Below are positions 1 to 13,262 of a stretch of DNA of 64,000 nucleotides, one piece after another. The stretch is from Eledone cirrhosa. Lineage: Eukaryota. Location of the stretch: assembly GCA_964016885.1 (NCBI GenBank), contig OZ024765.1:15438001-15502000 (forward strand), given 5' to 3'. The notes below the pieces were generated by a model. It had not been told where the DNA came from. It saw nothing but the letters and a program-made list of their open reading frames with translations, and ran no database searches. Within the stretch, counting starts at the first letter, position 1; each line of letters opens with the position of its first letter. The translations under genes were made by a program, and so were the position numbers.

Positions 1-711
1 CACTCAAAAAGCCTGGCATGGAGTTCCGACAAGTTTATGACATCACACCTTAAGGGATATCTCTATGCAATACAGGAACAAGAACTCCCTACCAAATATC
101 TGCTGCACAAAAGAGGAGGGTCAGCAGCTGACAATAAATGTAGGCTATGTAAAACAAAGATCGAGGATGTAAGCCACATTGTTGCCAGCTGCGAAAGAAT
201 GTCATCTCGCTACTACCTCCCCATGAGACACGATGGAATAGCTAGAACCATCTGGAACGCACTTCGGAAAACAAAATTAACAACAAACGAGGAAGAATAT
301 ATTGAGACAGATGGCACTAAGGAATACTGGTGGAACCTGAAAATAAAAACTGCCACCAAATTAAAGCACAACCAGCCTGATATTGTTGTTTGGGACCACA
401 CATTGAAAACGTGTTCTGTTGTGGAAATCAGCTGCCCACTTGATGTAAACGTTGTCAGAAAAATACAGGAGAAGGAGGACATCTACGGACCATTGATGAG
501 GAGTTTACAAATCCAGTATCCAAGATACACTTTTAGCTTCATACCCATCATTATTGGAGCTACCGGTTATATACCAACCCGCTTGGACCAAAGTATGACT
601 GAACTTGGATTTGCGGACAAAAAGCGCAGCTCCCTAATTCATAGTCTACAAATGGCTGCGATAGCTGGCACCTTCAAAATTTGCAAAACATACTTGCGAT
701 TCAAGGGATGA
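1..711 (+). mobile_element. 3' end of an RLE-type non-LTR retrotransposon ORF (R4/Dong-like): CCHC zinc knuckle plus restriction-like endonuclease
   Basis: ORF 37-711: QEQE...CRLC...HIVASC...RHD...HNQPDIVVWD...EISCP...K..Y...IPIIIGATG. Runs off the window 5' end. Small 3'UTR hairpin gccacc/ggtggc near 736-752. Confidence 0.9.
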
Positions 712-799
712 CAATTTCTTTTCTTTTACAACCTTGCCACCAGGAAGGTGGCCGGTCAAAAAAAATATACTCGAAATTAAGAGAAAGAGATAACAAACA

Positions 800-1720
800 T
801 ACATATGGAAATCAACACGAAATACCTGATTCACAAAAGAGATAGGAATGCAGGCAAAACACCTAGATGTGATAAAAAGTGCAGACTCTGCAGAACTAAC
901 ACCGAGGATATTACCCATGTCATCAGCAGCTGTTCAAAGATGTCATCGCGGTACTATCTACCTATGAAGCATGATGTAGTGGCCAAAACACTGTACAATG
1001 CAATCTGTAGAATAGATAGCCCCGATAATAAACACATTAAAAGCTACAACAATGTGGAAGACATTCATGTACATAATATGAAAGAGTACTGGTGGAATGT
1101 TCCAGTAAAAATCCCAATAAAATACAGGCATAACAGACCAGATATTACGATATGGGACAGGGAAAAGAGGACATGCACAGTAGTGGAAATTAGCTGTCCA
1201 GCAGATGCCAATATATCAAAGATTAGCGAAAAGGAGAATATTTATGCAGAACTAATCAGAAATCTGCAGATACTCCACCCTGACTATACCTTCAGATTTA
1301 TGCCTGTGATTATTGGGGCACTGGGGTATGTTAGTAACTGCCTCAATACAAATCTTGAGAATCTGGGCTTCACAGGAACAGAAAGAACACAACTAGTTAG
1401 GAAACTACAAGTACAATCCATTAATGGAACAGTAAAAATATGTAAAACATTCAAAAAATGTATCTAATAACTGCATATACACATGTAGAGATACTAAGCA
1501 TATACACATGCACACATACAACTCAAAACATACACATCCACACATACAATAAGATCCAGATGTACACAGGCAGACATGCATACATATTTACACATAAAGA
1601 CATGCATACATATCTACCTAGTTGCTGTGTAAATTCCAGATAGAGAGTCTTGTGTCTATGTTAGAAACCGACTCTCTCTCTATTGGGAAAAATTTGTGAA
1701 ATTATAAAACCAGAAGCACA
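800..1720 (+). mobile_element. Second, divergent 5'-truncated RLE LINE (R4/Dong-like) with 3'UTR ending in CA/TA microsatellite
   Basis: ORF 805-1467: CRLC...HVISSC...KHD...HNRPDITIWD...EISCP...PVIIGALG. 3'UTR hairpin gagagtc/gactctc at ~1643-1676. Confidence 0.88.
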
Positions 1721-2320
1721 TACATATACACACATATACACATATATACATGTATATACATATGCATATATATATATACATATGCATATATATATATACA
1801 TATATATATATACATATACACATATATATATACATATACACATATATATACATATACACATATATATACATATACACATATATACATATACACATATATA
1901 TATACATATACACATATATATACATATACACATATATATACATATACACATATATATACATATACACATATATATATACATATACAAATATATATATACA
2001 TATACACATATATACATATACACATATATACATATACACTTTTACATATACACATATATATACATATACATATGCATATATACATATACATATATATACA
2101 TATGCGCTTATAAATATATATACATATGCGCTTATAAATATATATACATATATATATATACATATATATACATACATATATACACACATATATATACCCA
2201 CCTATATATATACACACCTATATATATACACATATATATACATACATATATATATACACACCTATATATATACACACCTATATATATACACACCTATATA
2301 TATACACCTATATATATACA
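1720..2320. repeat. (TA)/(CA) compound microsatellite
   Basis: Direct inspection. Confidence 0.95.
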
Positions 2321-2520
2321 NNNNNNNNNNNNNNNNNNNNNNNNNNNNNNNNNNNNNNNNNNNNNNNNNNNNNNNNNNNNNNNNNNNNNNNNNNNNNNNN
2401 NNNNNNNNNNNNNNNNNNNNNNNNNNNNNNNNNNNNNNNNNNNNNNNNNNNNNNNNNNNNNNNNNNNNNNNNNNNNNNNNNNNNNNNNNNNNNNNNNNNN
2501 NNNNNNNNNNNNNNNNNNNN
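2321..2520. other. Assembly gap (200 N)
   Basis: Run of N. Confidence 1.
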
Positions 2521-2609
2521 AATGAAATACCGATGATGGTTGGAAGATCACTGATGAAGGACTAACTTTATTCATATGTAACCCATTTGCAACCACGCAG
2601 CACGTTTAT

Positions 2610-2641
<32 letters not shown>

Positions 2642-2649
<8 letters not shown>

Positions 2650-3269
2650 CGTAAAATAAGAAAATATTTTTTTAAAAAAATTTTTTTTATTTTTTACTTA
2701 CTTACTTAAATTTTCACTCCAACTAATTAGTTTCTGCAATGGGATAAAGACAGTTACGTAATTCAACTGTCGAGAATTCATTGCGTCATCAGGGAGTCTA
2801 TTCTCAGTTAAGTCTCCAGGCAATGCGCGGACACTGGCGGCTCATATAAAAATAATAATAATTCGGTAGATAGAACAGCTGGCGAGGACTGGATTCTATG
2901 TACCGAAATTCTCACTGCTTCCAGTCAAATGGCCGATTCTAAAGAATCAATCACGTGACATAGAGGCTAGTTAGAAGGAATGGGATGGTAAGATGACTGA
3001 CGCCTACTAACACCCCAAAAAAAAAAATTTTTTTAGAAGTGGTTTTGGCAAGTTTGCTCGACAAATCAGTGATTTGGAGATAAATATAGATAATTTAATA
3101 TATCAACTGACATAAGCGCACAGATGCACGCCCATGCCAGCAAATACACAGGTTATGTCATAGTACCTAGGTGGTTCAATGCAGGAGAATGCAGAACAAT
3201 AATATAAAAGACGTAAAATAATAAAATATTTTTAAAAAAAATTTTTCAAAAACATTTTTTACATACTTA
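2642..3269 (-). mobile_element. Non-coding HHR-bearing element with ~65 bp terminal direct repeats (Penelope-like non-autonomous or retrozyme-like)
   Basis: ataaaagacgtaaaata...tttac.tactta occurs at 2642-2704 and 3204-3269 (period 562). (TA)n on both sides. Internal HHR. Confidence 0.7.
2716..2797 (-). ncRNA. Type I hammerhead ribozyme
   Basis: Minus strand: ACUCC CUGAUGA c-GCAAUG...(GACAGUU/AACUGUC)...CAUUGC-a GAAAC UAAUUA GUU GGAGU. 5-bp stem I, palindromic stem III, GUU site. Confidence 0.82.
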
Positions 3270-3303
3270 TATATATATATATATATATATACATATATAT
3301 ATA

Positions 3304-3451
3304 GGGAATGAGTCAGGACCTCGACGGCTGAGCTCCGACCGTTTCGATACCTAGATCCAAACTCTTTCCCTATTACTCACTCTACTACCCTAAGTATCGA
3401 GTATTCTGGTGCATTATGGCCCACCCGGTGACTTACGACACCTCTTTGTCG

Positions 3452-3452
<1 letters not shown>
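3304..3452 (+). mobile_element. HHR-fragment family A copy in (TA)n
   Basis: Shares ctctactaccctaagtat..gagta.tctggtgc.ttatgg tail with 24905, 26572, 40771, 53962 and 59668. Inverted HHR 3' half at its 5' end. Confidence 0.7.
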
Positions 3453-3492
<40 letters not shown>

Positions 3493-3496
<4 letters not shown>

Positions 3497-3652
3497 TAAC
3501 AATAGTAATAAATGGAAAATATCACTCTAGCATCATATATATTTTATTATACATATTTCAACGATACTAAATTATAGTATGCTTTCATCAGATACCTTTC
3601 ATCATGCTGTAATGAACATATTTCTGTGGATACTTATCAACAAAGCATATAT

Positions 3653-3655
<3 letters not shown>
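3493..3655 (-). mobile_element. HHR family D fragment (HHR ~3541-3594)
   Basis: Minus: CUGAUGA AAGCAUACUA UAAUU UAGUAUCGUU GAAAUAUGUAUA. Homologous to 20731-20850. Confidence 0.65.
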
Positions 3656-3700
<45 letters not shown>

Positions 3701-4204
3701 ATACAATAAAAGAGATAGCTTAAATCTAAACTCTGACTGGCAACCATCTCACTCAACAAACATTAGGTTATATGTTAGTGTAAATCCAATTTAAGTGTTT
3801 GGGGTGCTAACTATATGTATTATGTGGAAAGCCAGTTGTATTATTTTATGAGATATAATTAAAGTTAAAATATATCTCGGTTTCATTATAAGTTTTCTAC
3901 AAATTAGGAGAATGTTTCCCGTTTATGTAGAAGCCTAACATATATTCATGTAAGATATATTTAGGTGGGCGTTTATAAATCATCAGTGGGAGCCCATTAC
4001 TTTGATATAAGAAAAAATTCTTACCGCAGTTAAAAATCGTGTCTGCTAAGCTGCTCCCTCACGCATCGAATGACCGCCAAATTTGATATATATAATATAT
4101 TAGTAAAAAGGAAAAGAAAATCCTGAAAAATTTTCCCCTCAAAAATAGTTTAATTAGGAATAAGTATAAATTAGTAATAAGTATTAGTTAGTATTCAGTT
4201 TTAG

Positions 4205-4562
4205 TTTTAAGTGTTTACCGGTTGTGCATTTCTTATGCTTTTCAAAAATAATTTTGAGATAGAGCGCTCGTGATGTTTGCTCTAATCTGATCAGTTTGGG
4301 AAATTCTTCCTGTTTTATAAGGAAAATAAATAAAAAATGCAAGTGGAGTCTTTTTGAGAATATTTATTTGTTTCTTTTACAGGTTTCACAGTCCTTATGC
4401 TTTTCAAAAGGAGAATTGAGATGGAGGGTTTGTGATATTTCAAAAAAAACCACAAACCCTCCATCTCAATTCTACTTTTGAAAAGCATAAGAACTGTGAA
4501 ACCGGTGAAGTAAGTAAAAATATATTCTTAACAAAAAAACAGCTGCATTTTCGATTTCGTTT

Positions 4563-4568
<6 letters not shown>
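4205..4568. mobile_element. HHR family F: three copies of a minimal U3-A8 hammerhead, two forming an inverted repeat (~4317-4568)
   Basis: +4473-4512: UACUU UUGAAAA GCA UAAGAAC UGU GAAACCGGUG AAGUA. Minus copies at 4373-4412 and 4211-4250 have GUA. Confidence 0.62.
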
Positions 4569-4624
<56 letters not shown>

Positions 4625-4627
<3 letters not shown>

Positions 4628-4735
4628 GAACAACACAACATATAACTACTCCATTACCAAAGGTTTCTGGAACCCAGACAATAATAATATACGTCAGCAT
4701 CGCTCGTCAGACAAATATGTTATGTGTTGTTCACA
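4625..4735 (-). ncRNA. Degenerate type I hammerhead-like motif
   Basis: Minus: CUGACGAG...GAAACCUUUGGUA, closed by long pairing gtgaacaacac..aacatat/atatgttgtgttgttcac. Stem II is weak. Confidence 0.4.
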
Positions 4736-4952
4736 TTCTAATTAAATAGCTCTGTTCTATACATAGAGCACTCTTTTTTTCCTTTGCTTTCCCTTCGGAA
4801 TTACCTAACACATCTGAAAAAATCCCAAATAAATATTTTCTCTTAAATCTATCTTATCTCTAATTAAGGTCTCTTGCCTCAGGATGACGTGGTTTATTAG
4901 AACGAATCATATCTTATTTCCGGGTGTTTTCTGTTGTTGTTGTTGTTGTCGT

Positions 4953-5020
<68 letters not shown>

Positions 5021-5024
<4 letters not shown>

Positions 5025-6122
5025 ATTTTCACAGTAAAGGCTTTACCTCACATAATATCTCACATTGTATTTTTACAGTAAATGATTTACCTCACATAAT
5101 ATCTCACATAACATTTACATTACTCTATATATAGTATTGTATTTTTACAGTAAAGGCTTTAGCTCACATAATATCTCACATAACATTTACATTACTCTAT
5201 ATATACTATTGTATTTTCACAGTAAAGGCTTTACCTCACATAATATCTCACATAACATTTACATTACTCTATATATAGTATTGTATTTTCACAGTAAAGG
5301 CTTTAGCTCACATACTATCTCACATAACATTTACATTACTCTATATACACTATTGTATTTTCACAGTAAAGGCTTTACCTCACATAATATATCACATAAC
5401 ATTTACATTACTCTATATATACTATTGTATTTTCACAGTAAAGGCTTTAGCTCACATACTATCTCACATAACATTTACATTACTCTATATACACTATTGT
5501 ATTTTCACAGTAAAGGCTTTACCTCACATAATATCTCACATAACATTTACATTACTCTATATATACTATTGTATTTTCACAGTAAAGGCTTTAGCTCACA
5601 TACTATCTCACATAACATTTACATTACTCTATATACACTATTGTATTTTCACAGTAAAGGCTTTACCTCACATAATATCTCACATAACATTTACATTACT
5701 CTATATATACTATTGTATTTTCACAGTAAAGGCTTTACCTCACATAATATCTCACATAACATTTACATTACTCTATATATACTATTGTATTTTCACAGTA
5801 AAGGCTTTATCTCACATAATATCTCACATAACATTTACATTACTCTCTATATACTATTGTATTTTCACAGTAAAGGCTTTATCTCACATAATATCTCACA
5901 TAACATTTACATTACTCTCTATATATACTATTGTATTTTCATGTTAAAGACTTTACCTCACATACTATCTCACATAACATTTACATTACTCTCTATATAC
6001 TATTGTATTTTCACAGTAAAGGCTTTATCTCACATAATATCTCACATAACATTTACATTACTCTCTATATATACTATTGTATTTTCATGTTAAAGACTTT
6101 ACCTCACATAATATCTCACATA
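5021..6122. repeat. 72-bp minisatellite, ~15 copies, preceded by (TTG)n
   Basis: Unit ttgtattttcacagtaaaggctttacctcacataatatctcacataacatttacattactctatatatacta. Variants alternate (acctcacataat/agctcacatact). Confidence 0.95.
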
Positions 6123-7009
6123 ATAACGAATCTATCAGATTTTGATATTATTTATTTCGAGAACAATACCTTAACATCAGTATGAGTGGCCGGTTACAGC
6201 CGTTTTGAACTGGAATGGTTACCTTTAAAGGGAGACATGATCCTGTTGGGTGTACTAAGAGGGAGCAAAGTGACAAGGTTTACCTTTATTTAAATATAAA
6301 GCTGGGGATATATATTTTAATACAGGCATTCTCGTCTCACATATACTGAAACACACACTTACACATGTCGTATCACTCAGTCAAATACATACACACATTA
6401 TAGAACTAATCGTACACACACACACATTATACAACATATCGTACACACACACACACATATTATAGAACGAATCGTACACACACACACATTATACAACATA
6501 TCGTACACACACACACACACACACATTATAGAACTAATCGTACACACACACACATACACACATTATAGAACTAATCGTACACACACACACATTATACAAC
6601 AAATCATACACACACACACACACACATATTTTCGAACGAATCGTACACACACACACACACACACCCACACATTATAGAACGAATCGTACACACACACACA
6701 CACACTCACATGATACAACAACTCGTACACGCACACACACACACACGTTATAACAACAAATCGTACACGCACACGCACACAGACGTCATATAACGTCATA
6801 TAACACATCATACACACGTCATACAACAAATCATACACACGTCATACAACAAATCATACACACACATACGCACACACATATATAGACACAGGAGCACACA
6901 CTCGAAGACACACACACACACACACATACACGTACACACAATCATGTAATCATTCTGTCATACACACACACATATATACACACAGGTACACACACTGAAA
7001 GACACGTAC

Positions 7010-7040
<31 letters not shown>

Positions 7041-7169
7041 TACGCCATGACATATATACGCAGATGTAATGAAATCCTGAAAGAAAAAGGAAGACTTTGT
7101 AGGAAGATGGAAAACTGAGGAGGATTGTAGTCCTATGTAGTGGAACAGTGACAACATGTCTCTCTGTTG

Positions 7170-7235
7170 ACCCACTCTCTCTCCTGTCTCTATCTTTCTC
7201 TCTCTCTCTCTCTCTCTCTCTCCTGTCCCTATCTT

Positions 7236-7267
<32 letters not shown>

Positions 7268-7436
7268 CTGTCTCTCTCTCTCCTGTCTCTCTCTCTCTCT
7301 CTCTCTCCTGTCTCTCTCTCTCCTGTCTCTCTCTCTCCTGTCTCTCTCTCTCCTGTCTCTCTCTCTCCTGTCTCTCTCTCTCCTGTCTCTATCTTTCTCT
7401 CTCTTGCGCTCTCTCTCTCTCTCCTGTCCCTATCTT

Positions 7437-7480
<44 letters not shown>

Positions 7481-7596
7481 GTCTCTCTCTCTCCTGTCTC
7501 TCTCTCTCCTGTCTCTCTCTCTCCTGTCTCTCTCTCTCTCTCCTGTCTCTATCTTTCTCTCTCTTGCGCTCTCTCTCTCTCTCCTGTCCCTATCTT

Positions 7597-7638
<42 letters not shown>

Positions 7639-7852
7639 GTCTCTCTCTCTCCTGTCTCTCTCTCTCCTGTCTCTCTCTCTCTCCTGTCTCTCTCTCTCTC
7701 CTGTCTCTATCTTTCTCTCTCTTGCGCGCTCTCTCTCTCCTGTCTCTATATTTCTCTCTTACCGCTCTCTCTATCTCTCCTGTCCCTATATTTCTCTCTC
7801 TCTCCCCTGTCTCTCTCTCTCTCTCCTCTCTCTATCTCTCCTGTGCCTATCT

Positions 7853-7890
<38 letters not shown>

Positions 7891-7995
7891 GTCTCTCTCT
7901 CTCTCTCTCTCTCTCTCCTGCCCCTCTCTCTCTCTCTCTCCCTCTCTCTCTCATGTCTCTATCTTTCTCTCTTACTGCTCTCTCTATCTCTCCTG

Positions 7996-8041
<46 letters not shown>

Positions 8042-8360
8042 ATTCCCTCCTGTCCCTCTCTTTCTCTCTCTCTCTCTTGAAACTCTATCTATACCCTGTC
8101 CCTCTCTCCTGCCTAACTCTCTTTCTTTCTCCCTCTCCATCTCTCCATCTTCTGTCACTATCTTTCCACACTCTCTCTCTCTTTCTCCCCCTCTCTCTCC
8201 TCCTCCTCTCTCACTTTCTCTCTATTTTGCTCATCTCTTTCTCCTGCCTAACGCTCCCTCTCTCTCTCTTTCTCTATATACCATTTTCTCTACTCTCTCT
8301 TTCCCCCCTCTCCCTATCCCCCTACCCCTACCTCACCATACCAGCCCCCCCCCCCTCTCT
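7170..8360. repeat. Polypyrimidine (CT)n/CCTGT compound repeat
   Basis: Direct inspection. Confidence 0.95.
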
Positions 8361-8784
8361 CCAGTCCTCTATTTTAAACAATCCAAGTGGAAATATCGCC
8401 AAGATTATCTGGCCTTCATATTTATTCTGAATTTGGCGAAAAAGGGGGAAAAAAATGTGTAAAAAACAACAAAAAATGCCTCTTTAACAAAAAAAAAAAC
8501 AACAACCTCAAAATATTATAAAACCTACAAAGACAACTAAAAACTACTAATGCCACAACAACAAAACAACAACAACAATAAAAATAACAATATAAGGATG
8601 ATGTTGATTACCAGGTATAATGAAATTGCAGTTAGGAAAACATAAATTTGATAACCACACTACCATAACCCCTACCACATCGAGGCAATCGGCAACATAG
8701 TAGTAGTAGTAGTAATAATAAAACAATAATGAAAATAGTATTATTAATAAAGATAATGATAATAATAATAATAATAATAATAAT

Positions 8785-9226
8785 GATTTCTTTATACCAC
8801 AAGGGTTTACATAAAGTAGACATTAAGGACAGTGCAGGACAATGCAGGACGGTACAAATGGGCATTTCTGCGTGTAAAAAAACAAAAACAGAGGATGTAA
8901 CAAAAATAACAATGAAAATAACAATGAAAAATTCCCCAATAGGGGGGAGACTTCGGAGGGACATTTGTGGAGAAAGCCCAGTAAAAAGCCACAATGACCC
9001 TGACCACCAAGGCAAGTGCCCTCTCCCAGTTTTCCACCTTTAGTTTACAGATATATACTCAGAGTCGGCCCATTCACTCGGGCCATTCTTGCTTCTCTCA
9101 CCCATCTTTCAACAAAATGCTGGGAAGAGAGCACTTCCTTCTCTACTCTGATTTTCCTTTTCAAATGAAATTTGAAAAAGTCAATCAGAGCATCACCGAA
9201 GAGGTAAGTGCTCGTCTTCAGCCCTT
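8785..9226 (-). mobile_element. 5'-truncated Tx1/L1-like LINE 3' end inserted in (TAA)n
   Basis: Minus 9226-9045 translates KGLKTSTYLFGDALIDFFKFHLKRKIRVEKEVLSSQHFVERWVREARMARVNGPTLSIYL*, homologous to ORF 55918-56142. 3'UTR ends tataaagaaa then (ATT)n. Confidence 0.75.
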
Positions 9227-9252
9227 ATAATAATAATAATAATAATAATAAT

Positions 9253-9619
9253 GTTTTCTTTATTAACCACAAGGGTTTACATAAAGTAGACATTAAGGAC
9301 AGTACAGGACAATACAGGACGGTACAAATGGGCATTTCTGCGTGTAAAAAAAACAGAGGATGAAATAAAATAACAAAGAAAAATTCCCCCAATAGGGGGG
9401 GAGACTTCCGAGGGACATTTGTGGAGAAAGCCCATTAAAAGACCACAGTGACCCTGACCACCAGGGCAAGTGCCCTCTCCCTGTTTTCCACCTTTATTTT
9501 ACAGACACATACTCAGAGAAGGCCCATTCATTCGGGCCATACTTGCTTCTCTCACCCATCTTTCAACAAAATGCTGGGAAGAGAGCACTTCCCTCTCTAC
9601 CCTGATTTTCCTTTTCGAG
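9253..9619 (-). mobile_element. Second copy of the same Tx1-like 3' end in (TAA)n
   Basis: Near-identical to 8785-9160. AATAAA then (ATT)n. Confidence 0.75.
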
Positions 9620-9635
9620 TAATAATAATAATAAT

Positions 9636-9825
9636 ATTTGTTTCTACTTTAGGCACAGGCCCAGCAAATATTCAGTTCATTACTGGTACTTTATTTTATC
9701 GACCCCGTAAGGATGAAAGGCAAAGTTAACCTCGGCGGGATTTGAACTCAGATCGTAAAGGGACTTTACTCTATGCTGGAAAGCATGGCGTCCGACCCTC
9801 TACCGATACTGCCAATCCACCGCCC

Positions 9826-9863
<38 letters not shown>

Positions 9864-10752
9864 TTTCATTTATTAGCCACAAGGGCCGACATGTAGGGGA
9901 CAATACAAAGACAGGTACAGTGGGGGGTTTACAATAAGGTAGAGTAAATGTGCACAATGGCAAGACTAATTTAACAATGAGATATAAAAAATATGAAATA
10001 AACTATGCATAAAATATAACAAAATAAATTCCCCTATCGGGGGTGGACGACCTTGGGGCAACTCGGGTACCCCACCAATCCTGGACCACCATGCGCTTCT
10101 AGGGCACCCAGGGAGAGCACCATTCTCCTCAAGTTAGCTAGCCTATAGGCGCATGGTCAGAGTAGGCCCATTCAATAATAATAATAATAATTGTTTCTAC
10201 TTTTGGCACAAGCCCAGCAATTATCTCAGTGTATTACTGGTACTTTATTGTATCGACCCCGTAAGTATGAAATGCAAAGTTAACCTCGGTGGTATTTGAA
10301 CTCAGACCATAAAGGGACGTAACCCATTGCTGCAAAGCATGGCGTCCGACCCTCTACCGATTCTGCCAATCCACCACCACCCTTAATAATAATAATAATA
10401 ATTGTTTCTACTTTTGGCACAAGGCCATCAATTACCCAGTACATTACTGGTACTTTATTTTATCGACTCCGTAACGATGAAAGGCAGAGTTAACTTCGGC
10501 GGGATTTGAACTCAGACCGTAAAGGGGCGTAACTATGCTTGAAAGCATGGCGTCCGACCCTCTCCCGATACTGCCAAAATGATTTCTTTCTTTCTTTATT
10601 TATTTATTTAATAACTGTTTCTACTTTTGGCACAAGGCCAGCAATTACCCCAGTGTATTACTGGTACTTTATTTTATCGACCCCGTAAGGATGAAAGGCA
10701 AAGTTAACCTCGGCGGGATTTGAACTCGGATCATAACGGGACGTAACTCTAT
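9636..10752 (-). mobile_element. Cluster of four tRNA-derived SINEs with Meta/MESC-like central domain (9636-9826, 10190-10383, 10402-10577, 10615-10752)
   Basis: Minus: A box TGGCAGTATCGG, B box GAGTTCAAATCCC, core ctttgcctttcatccttacggggtcgataaaataaagtaccag, tail gccttgtgccaaaagtagaaa+(ATT)n. Confidence 0.85.
9862..10173 (-). mobile_element. Related Tx1-like subfamily 3'UTR in (TAA)n
   Basis: Same terminal motif cccttgtggctaataaa and the gaatgggcctactctg coding end. (AAT)n on both flanks. Confidence 0.6.
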
Positions 10753-10914
10753 CCTTCAAAGATGATAATAATGGTGTGTTGATGGTGATGGTGATGGTGA
10801 TGTTGATAATATATGGGGCGAAAAGCCTGTGACACCATAAAATACCAGACCCCACATCCTCCCACAGCTCCCCCCCCCTTGTCCAATGTCAACATTATTT
10901 TCGGTGTTATCTCA

Positions 10915-11081
10915 CGTCATCAGCATCGCCATCATTATTACGGCTGTAGTGATCACTATCACTACCATCATCATCATCATCATTGTCATCACCAGCATCA
11001 CCACCACCATCACCACCATCACCATCATCATCATCATGACCATCATCTACGTTTGTAATGATTACTATCATCAGCATCAAT

Positions 11082-11116
<35 letters not shown>

Positions 11117-12145
11117 GGTGTTTTTGGCTATCATCATCATCATCATCATCATCATCATCGCCATCGCCATCATCATTAAGGTTGTAGTGATCATTATCAT
11201 CATCATCATCATCACCATCATCATTATTATCATGATCGTCGTCATCATGATCGTCATCATTGATCATCATCACCATCATCATCATCATCATCCTCATCAC
11301 CATCATCATAATCACCACCACCATCACCATCATCACCATCATCACCACCATCACCATCATCACCATCATCTTTATCCTCATCACCATCATCACCACTATA
11401 ATAAACACCACCGCCATCATCATCACCATAATCACCATTATAATAAACACCACCCCCACTACCGTCGCCACCATCACCATCATCACCACTATAATAAACA
11501 CCACCCCACCACCACCACCATCACCATCATCACCACTATAATAAACACCACCCCACCACCACCACCATCACCACTATAATAAACACCACCACCATCACCA
11601 TCATCAGCACCATCACCATCATCACCACTATAATACACACCACCACCATCACCATTATCATCATCACCATCATCACCATCATCACCACTATAATAAACAC
11701 CACCACCATCACCACCATCACCATCATCACCACTGTAATAAACACGACCACGATCACCACCACCACCACCACCACCACCACCCCCATCACCATCATCACC
11801 ACTATAATAAACACCACCACCATCACCATCATCACCACTATAATACACACCACCACCATCACCATTATCATCATCACCATCATCACCATCATCACCACTA
11901 TAATAAACACCACCACCACCACCACCATCACCATCATCACCACTGTAATAAACACCACCACCACCACCACCACCACCACCACCACCACCACCACCCCCAT
12001 CACCATCACCACCACTATAATAAACACCACCACCATCACCATTCTCATCGTCACCATCATCGTTATCATCGTCACCATCGCCCTTAACACCGCCGCCATC
12101 GTCCCCGTCATCATAAACCTCATCACCCTCATCTTCACCATCGCC
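10915..12145. repeat. (CAT)/(CAC) compound repeat with higher-order unit caccactataataaacaccacc
   Basis: Direct inspection. Confidence 0.95.
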
Positions 12146-12576
12146 CCCCCCTCCCCTTCTCCTTTCGATAGCGATCGTTATCCTCTTATAGATTAAAAAA
12201 CATTTTAATTGTATTAAAGTGTTCTCTTTAGTTGCATAAACCAACACAAACAAAAATACCTAGCGGCCATTCCTGGAAAGAAGAAGAACGATCAGGGGGA
12301 GATAATATTCAAAAAGTAAAAATTGATTTAATAAAATTCAATTCCCGTGCTTAAGGGTAAATATGAATTTTAGTTAATGGTATATCTTTGTTAACGAGAT
12401 CAAACGAGATTGGAAGATGCCTATTGCTCTTACTAAATCTGCTAAAAAAAGATAGGATGTTTTATTGAAGGAAAATAATTTATATTTAAGCAATTATTTT
12501 GCTGGGTTTTAATAAATTTATCACTGCTAATATATTTATTTTCTTAATAGCAGTGCATTCGGCATAACACCCCATA

Positions 12577-12930
12577 TCTATATATATAAAGTTGTAGTTC
12601 CTGTCTGTTAGTTCGTGTGTTTGCTCACAAACTCCTCCTATGGTTTTGGAGATAGACCCTCCATAACCATATATATTCTGAAACTACATTGCCCAGGGTA
12701 CTTGGATTGTTAAATTTCATGTTAATCAAAGGGGGCACAAACTCCCGCTGAAAATGTTTTCCCTTCGATTTACATGAAATTTAAACCATAGTTAAATGAC
12801 AAGATATGATGCCTACTCTCAAATTTCAGCAAATTTAGATAATATTAAAACACCCTATTGGGGGTTAGTGACAAATTTGGAAGACCATAACTTGAGTATT
12901 GGAATATTGAATTTCTAATTTGAAAATAAT
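12577..12930 (+). mobile_element. Possible non-autonomous Helitron/Helentron-type 5' portion
   Basis: Begins A|TCTATATATATAAA...tgtctgtt...aaactcctcct, as many animal non-autonomous Helitrons do. No convincing 3' end. Confidence 0.35.
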
Positions 12931-12939
12931 GCTCTCTTC

Positions 12940-13262
12940 CACTGTCATCGCCTCCATCTCTCTCGCCCTCCCCATCTCTCTCGCCTCATCTCTCATGTAC
13001 ACCAGGTCCGAACACAGAAGAGCCGAACTCCCACTGTCATCGCTCTCCATTGCCCAGGCACACCCCATCTCTCGCTCTCCCCATCTCTCATGTATACCAG
13101 GTCCGAACACAGAAGAGCCGAACTCCCACTGTCATCGTTCTCCATCTCCCAGGCACACCCCGTCTCTCTCGCTCTCCCCCATCTCTCATGTACACCAGGT
13201 CCGAACGTGAAAGAGCCGAACTACCACTGTCGTCGCCTCCATCTCTCTCGCTCTCCCGATCT
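12940..13262. repeat. Three imperfect ~100-bp tandem units
   Basis: catctctcatgtacaccaggtccgaacacagaagagccgaactcccactgtcatcg recurs at ~12987, ~13082 and ~13180. Confidence 0.85.

Noticed and set aside
2551-2566. ctgatgaaggactaac, similar to the family C HHR
   Set aside because: Only the 5' half is present, next to the gap, with no GAAA or stem III.
3840-3995. Minus-strand CUGAUGA...GAAA with branched stem II
   Set aside because: No NUH site with a matching stem I could be found.
5137-6093. 318-aa repetitive ORF and CRISPR-like periodicity
   Set aside because: 72-bp tandem units without unique spacers. The frame is open only because 72 is divisible by 3.
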